From contig OZ252227.1 in NCBI GenBank assembly GCA_965249175.1, forward strand, positions 2,556,900 through 2,620,899: a DNA stretch of 64,000 bases. The letters are read 5' to 3'. A model generated the notes under the pieces. It did no database searches, was not told where the DNA came from, and worked only from the letters and a program-made list of their open reading frames with translations. A program made the position numbers and the translations under genes. This DNA comes from Vicinamibacterales bacterium (GTDB lineage: Bacteria; Acidobacteriota; Vicinamibacteria; Vicinamibacterales; UBA8438). Below, piece after piece: positions 60,968-64,000 of this stretch (positions are counted from its first letter, which is position 1; every line of letters begins with the position of its first letter).

Positions 60968-62677
60968 ATGTCGCGCCCGGCGACACGCTATCTCGTGATC
61001 ACGATGACGGCGGCCATTGTGGCCGCCGTTTTGTTGTTTCTGGTGCTGCCGCCGCCGGCGCGGGTTGTCGTCGTCCCCGACCCGCCGGGTGCCGACGATG
61101 GAGCGGTCGTCGTGCGTGGAGCGTTTCACGTGCACAGCGATCGCTCGGACGGGAGCGGGTCGGTGACGGAGATCGCCGACGCGGCCCGACGGGCGGGCCT
61201 CGATTTTGTCATCCTGACGGATCACGGTGACGGCACACGTCCGCCGCGCTCGCCCGTGTATCACCATGGGGTGCTCTGTGTCGACGCGGTGGAGATCAGC
61301 ACGGACAGCGGCCACTACATTGCACTTGGCTTACCCGTGGCGCCCTATCCTCTTGGCGGCGACGCGCGCGGGGTCGTCGAGGACGTGGCGCGGCTGGGAG
61401 GGTTCGGCGTGGTGGCCCACCCGGCCTCGCCAAAACCCGCGCTCCGTTGGGAGGATTGGAATCTGCCGGTGGACGCCGTGGAGTGGATCAACGGCGACAG
61501 CCAATGGCGAGACGATAGCGTCGCCGCGTTGGCGCTCGCGGCGATGGGGTATTGGCTCAGGGCGCCGGAGAGCCTGGCGCGGTTGCTCGACCGTCCGGAC
61601 GCGGCGTTGGCGCGGTGGGATGCTCAGACCGCGGTCCGTCCCGTCGTCGGGATTGGTGGAATCGATGCCCACGCGCGGCTGGCGACCGGTGTCGGAGAGG
61701 ATGGCTACGAGGATGCGCTGGCGGTCAGCTTTCCGGGCTACGCACCGCTGTTTCGGGCGTTCGCGGTCCGCGTGGGCTTGGCCCGTGCATGGCGCGGCGA
61801 TGCAATGAACGACGCACGCGCGTTGGTGTCCGCCATCCGCGCCGGACGCACGTTCACCGCGATCGATGCGCTGGCGCGCCCGGTCTTCTTCAGCTACCAC
61901 GCGGAACACGAGGCGCAAATTGTCGAGATGGGAGGGCAGGTGCGCGCCACGGGGGCGGTGTCGCTTCGCGCCATGGTGGGTGGCCCACCGGGGACCGAGA
62001 TGGTTCTGATGCGCGACGGCCGCCCGGTCGCGCGCGCGCCGGCCGAACTGGAGTACCAGATCACGGCGCGGGCACCGGCGGCGGCGTACCGAGTCGAGGT
62101 GCATCTTCCCGACGCGCCGGGAACGCCCCCGGTCCCCTGGATCGTCGGTAATCCGATTTACGTCGGCGAGAGGGTCGTGGCCGTCAACGCCACGCCGCCG
62201 AGGCCCCCGACGGCCGTCGTCCCGCTCACGACACCCGACGGCTGGCACGCCGAGCAGGACACCGGCACCATCGCCGACGTGGACGCCGTCGGCACGCGCG
62301 TGCGCCTGCGGTTTCAGCTCGGCGAGGGACCGGGGCCGCACGCCGCCGCCGTGTACGAGGTCACCGCAGGGACGCTGGTCGCCTACGACCATCTCGCGTT
62401 CGATGTCGTCGCGAACCAGCCGGTCCGGGCATCGGTGCAGCTGCGGGTGGCGGGACGAGACGACGTGCGCTGGCGGCGGTCGTTCTACGCCGGACCCGAG
62501 ATGCGGTCCGTGCAGGTACGCTTCTCTGAGCTGACCCCCGTGACGCCGACGCTCGCCCCCCAGCCCGATCTTCGGCGGGTGGAAAGCGTGATGGTGGTGG
62601 TGGATGCGGTCAATACACCGCCCGGGACCGCCGGGACGCTGTCGGTGATCGCCCCACGTCTGCTCTCTTCCAATTGA
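60968..62677 (+). CDS. Membrane-anchored PHP-domain metallo-phosphoesterase family protein
   Basis: N-terminal TM segment; PHP motif GAFHVHSDRSDGSGS...DFVILTDHGD. The large C-terminal region is uncharacterised. Confidence 0.7.
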   Translation: MSRPATRYLVITMTAAIVAAVLLFLVLPPPARVVVVPDPPGADDGAVVVRGAFHVHSDRSDGSGSVTEIADAARRAGLDFVILTDHGDGTRPPRSPVYHHGVLCVDAVEISTDSGHYIALGLPVAPYPLGGDARGVVEDVARLGGFGVVAHPASPKPALRWEDWNLPVDAVEWINGDSQWRDDSVAALALAAMGYWLRAPESLARLLDRPDAALARWDAQTAVRPVVGIGGIDAHARLATGVGEDGYEDALAVSFPGYAPLFRAFAVRVGLARAWRGDAMNDARALVSAIRAGRTFTAIDALARPVFFSYHAEHEAQIVEMGGQVRATGAVSLRAMVGGPPGTEMVLMRDGRPVARAPAELEYQITARAPAAAYRVEVHLPDAPGTPPVPWIVGNPIYVGERVVAVNATPPRPPTAVVPLTTPDGWHAEQDTGTIADVDAVGTRVRLRFQLGEGPGPHAAAVYEVTAGTLVAYDHLAFDVVANQPVRASVQLRVAGRDDVRWRRSFYAGPEMRSVQVRFSELTPVTPTLAPQPDLRRVESVMVVVDAVNTPPGTAGTLSVIAPRLLSSN

Positions 62678-62679
62678 CA

Positions 62680-62698
62680 GGGCTTCGCCCCGAAGCCC
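62680..62698. terminator. Short GC hairpin in a convergent intergenic gap
   Basis: gggcttcg ccc cgaagccc (8-bp stem, 3-nt loop) between the PHP gene stop (62677) and the lptFG stop (62706). Confidence 0.35.
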
Positions 62699-62705
62699 CG
62701 TCTGA

Positions 62706-64000
62706 TCAGGTTCGGACCTTGAGCAGCAGATAGGCGGCGGAGCCGCCGAAGAGGACATTCGGGGCCCATGCCGCGAGTGCGGGTCCGAGCAAGCCCGCGC
62801 TACCGATGGCCGCGAAGACGCTCAGAATGACCCAGTAGCTGAACGCCAGCGCGATCCCGACGCCCACACCGTAGAGGGCGCCGCGCGGCCCGGTCGTGAC
62901 GGCGAACGGCACGGCGATGAGCGTCAGAATGAACGTCACGAACGGAAACGACGCCTTGCGGTGCAGATCGACGGCGAGGTCGACGACGTCGAAGCCCCTG
63001 GCACTCAACTCGTCGATGTATCGCTCGAGCTCCGCGAAGGTCATCAGCTCGGCGTCCGGACGCTCCGTCTGGAAGAACGTCGGAGGTTCGACGAAGGGCA
63101 GCGGTTGCGACGCCGCAAACGCATACGGTACTGCCGGGCCAGACTCGTTGGCGGGGAAGTCCCGCACCCAGACGTCGCGGCCGTTCCACTCGTCGGCGAA
63201 TATGGCGTGCGCGGCGAACGTTCGTCGGTTGAGTCGCCAGGGGCGTCCCTCGAACTCATAGACGGAGAGATTGCTGAGCTCGGTGGTGTCCGGATCGAAA
63301 TAGAGATAGTGATAGATTGCGCCGTCGCTGCTGACGGCCCATCTCCGGTTGAGCACGTCGAACGCTTCCATCGACCCGGTTCGAATCTGATGCCGGAGCG
63401 CCTCGGCCCTCCGGTTCGAGCGCGCGAGGACGCTTTCACTCAGGACGAAGAGGCACGCGCTCCAGGCCAGGCTGAGCGCGAAGATCGGGAGCGCGGTCCG
63501 ATAGAGGCTGATCCCGCAGGCCTTCATGACCGTCAGCTCGCTGGACTTCGTGATCAGGCCGATCGTGATCAGCGCCGCGACCAGCGCCGAGATGGGGAGG
63601 ACGAAATACATGAATTGCGGCGTCGCATTCCAGAAATACTCGAGCAGCATGGTGCCGCTGGTCTGTCCCTTGAACAGCTTGTCCGACAGGTCGATGAAGG
63701 TCGAGATGTAGAAAATCCCGAGCAGACCGACGAAGGAGACCATGACCCACCGAAGATAGAGCCTGGCGACGTACCAGTCGAGGAGTGTGAGACGGCGAAG
63801 ACCGCCCCGCGGGACGGTCATCAGAGGCGCGGGGGAGTTGTCTCGCTCCACCTGCGGCGCCTCGCTCGCGGTCGGCCGATACCGACGTGAGAGCAGCGGG
63901 ATCGCGACGCGCCGCTCGACCGAGTGCGAGCGCCACACGATGAGCCCGAGTCCGACGATGCCCAGCACGATGTTGGGCAGCCACATGGCCAGGTGGGGCG
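62706..64000 (-). CDS. lptG: LptF/LptG (YjgP/YjgQ) family LPS export permease. A complete LptG-like unit is preceded in frame by the C-terminal TM of another unit; the 5' end lies off the window
   Basis: LLDWYVARLYLRWVMVSFVGLLGIFYISTFIDL...VMKACGISLYR...AAWAPNVLFGGSAAYLLLKVR. The frame stays open upstream to nt 64000 (..PHLAMWLPNIVLGIVGLGLIVW). Confidence 0.8.
   Translation of the reverse strand, partial: PHLAMWLPNIVLGIVGLGLIVWRSHSVERRVAIPLLSRRYRPTASEAPQVERDNSPAPLMTVPRGGLRRLTLLDWYVARLYLRWVMVSFVGLLGIFYISTFIDLSDKLFKGQTSGTMLLEYFWNATPQFMYFVLPISALVAALITIGLITKSSELTVMKACGISLYRTALPIFALSLAWSACLFVLSESVLARSNRRAEALRHQIRTGSMEAFDVLNRRWAVSSDGAIYHYLYFDPDTTELSNLSVYEFEGRPWRLNRRTFAAHAIFADEWNGRDVWVRDFPANESGPAVPYAFAASQPLPFVEPPTFFQTERPDAELMTFAELERYIDELSARGFDVVDLAVDLHRKASFPFVTFILTLIAVPFAVTTGPRGALYGVGVGIALAFSYWVILSVFAAIGSAGLLGPALAAWAPNVLFGGSAAYLLLKVRT

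Noticed and set aside
59721-60986. 421-aa minus-strand ORF
   Set aside because: It is antisense to metK and is a shadow ORF. The same applies to 61331..62758(-) opposite the PHP-domain gene and 33708..35051(-) opposite pilM/pilN.

Overview
High-GC (~68%) bacterial chromosomal window. The gene content suggests Acidobacteriota or Gemmatimonadota, but this is a guess only. Most of it is housekeeping. On the + strand: gcvT-gcvH-gcvP, nnr-tsaE, an aspartate-family operon (hom-thrC-X-lysC-asd), xerD, metK. On the - strand: comM, an M23 peptidase, secA, guaB, and a murQ peptidoglycan-recycling operon. I found no rRNA, tRNA or CRISPR array. Accessory content worth a second look: (1) A two-gene module pairing a lone BMC-H shell protein with an AdhE-type acylating aldehyde dehydrogenase that carries an encapsulation-peptide-like C-terminal extension (26.8-28.9 kb). 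(2) A Thr-rich leader peptide with a terminator/antiterminator attenuator in front of hom, and a TIGR00300 (LOR/SDH-like) gene locked into that operon where thrB would be expected. (3) One full IS630-family element and a 171-bp derivative MITE, both inserted at CTAG sites that overlap stop codons (comM and gcvT). The MITE splits the gcvT-gcvH translational coupling. (4) A signalling cluster at 3.7-9.7 kb (GAF-PP2C phosphatase, Hanks kinase-TPR, ECF sigma, STAS) with three independent gene-disrupting lesions: two 1-nt frameshifts and a kinase/kinase deletion junction. (5) A 12-kb type IV filament / T2SS-like cluster (pilC-pilB-pilMNOP-secretin plus two GspG-like pseudopilins). Its secretin has an N-terminal lipobox and TPR and a C-terminal cohesin-like domain. 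(6) An apparent in-frame LptF-LptG fusion at the right edge. A PQQ-dehydrogenase gene open at the left edge is missing from the ORF track. All calls come from reading the sequence and translations by eye; no searches were run.
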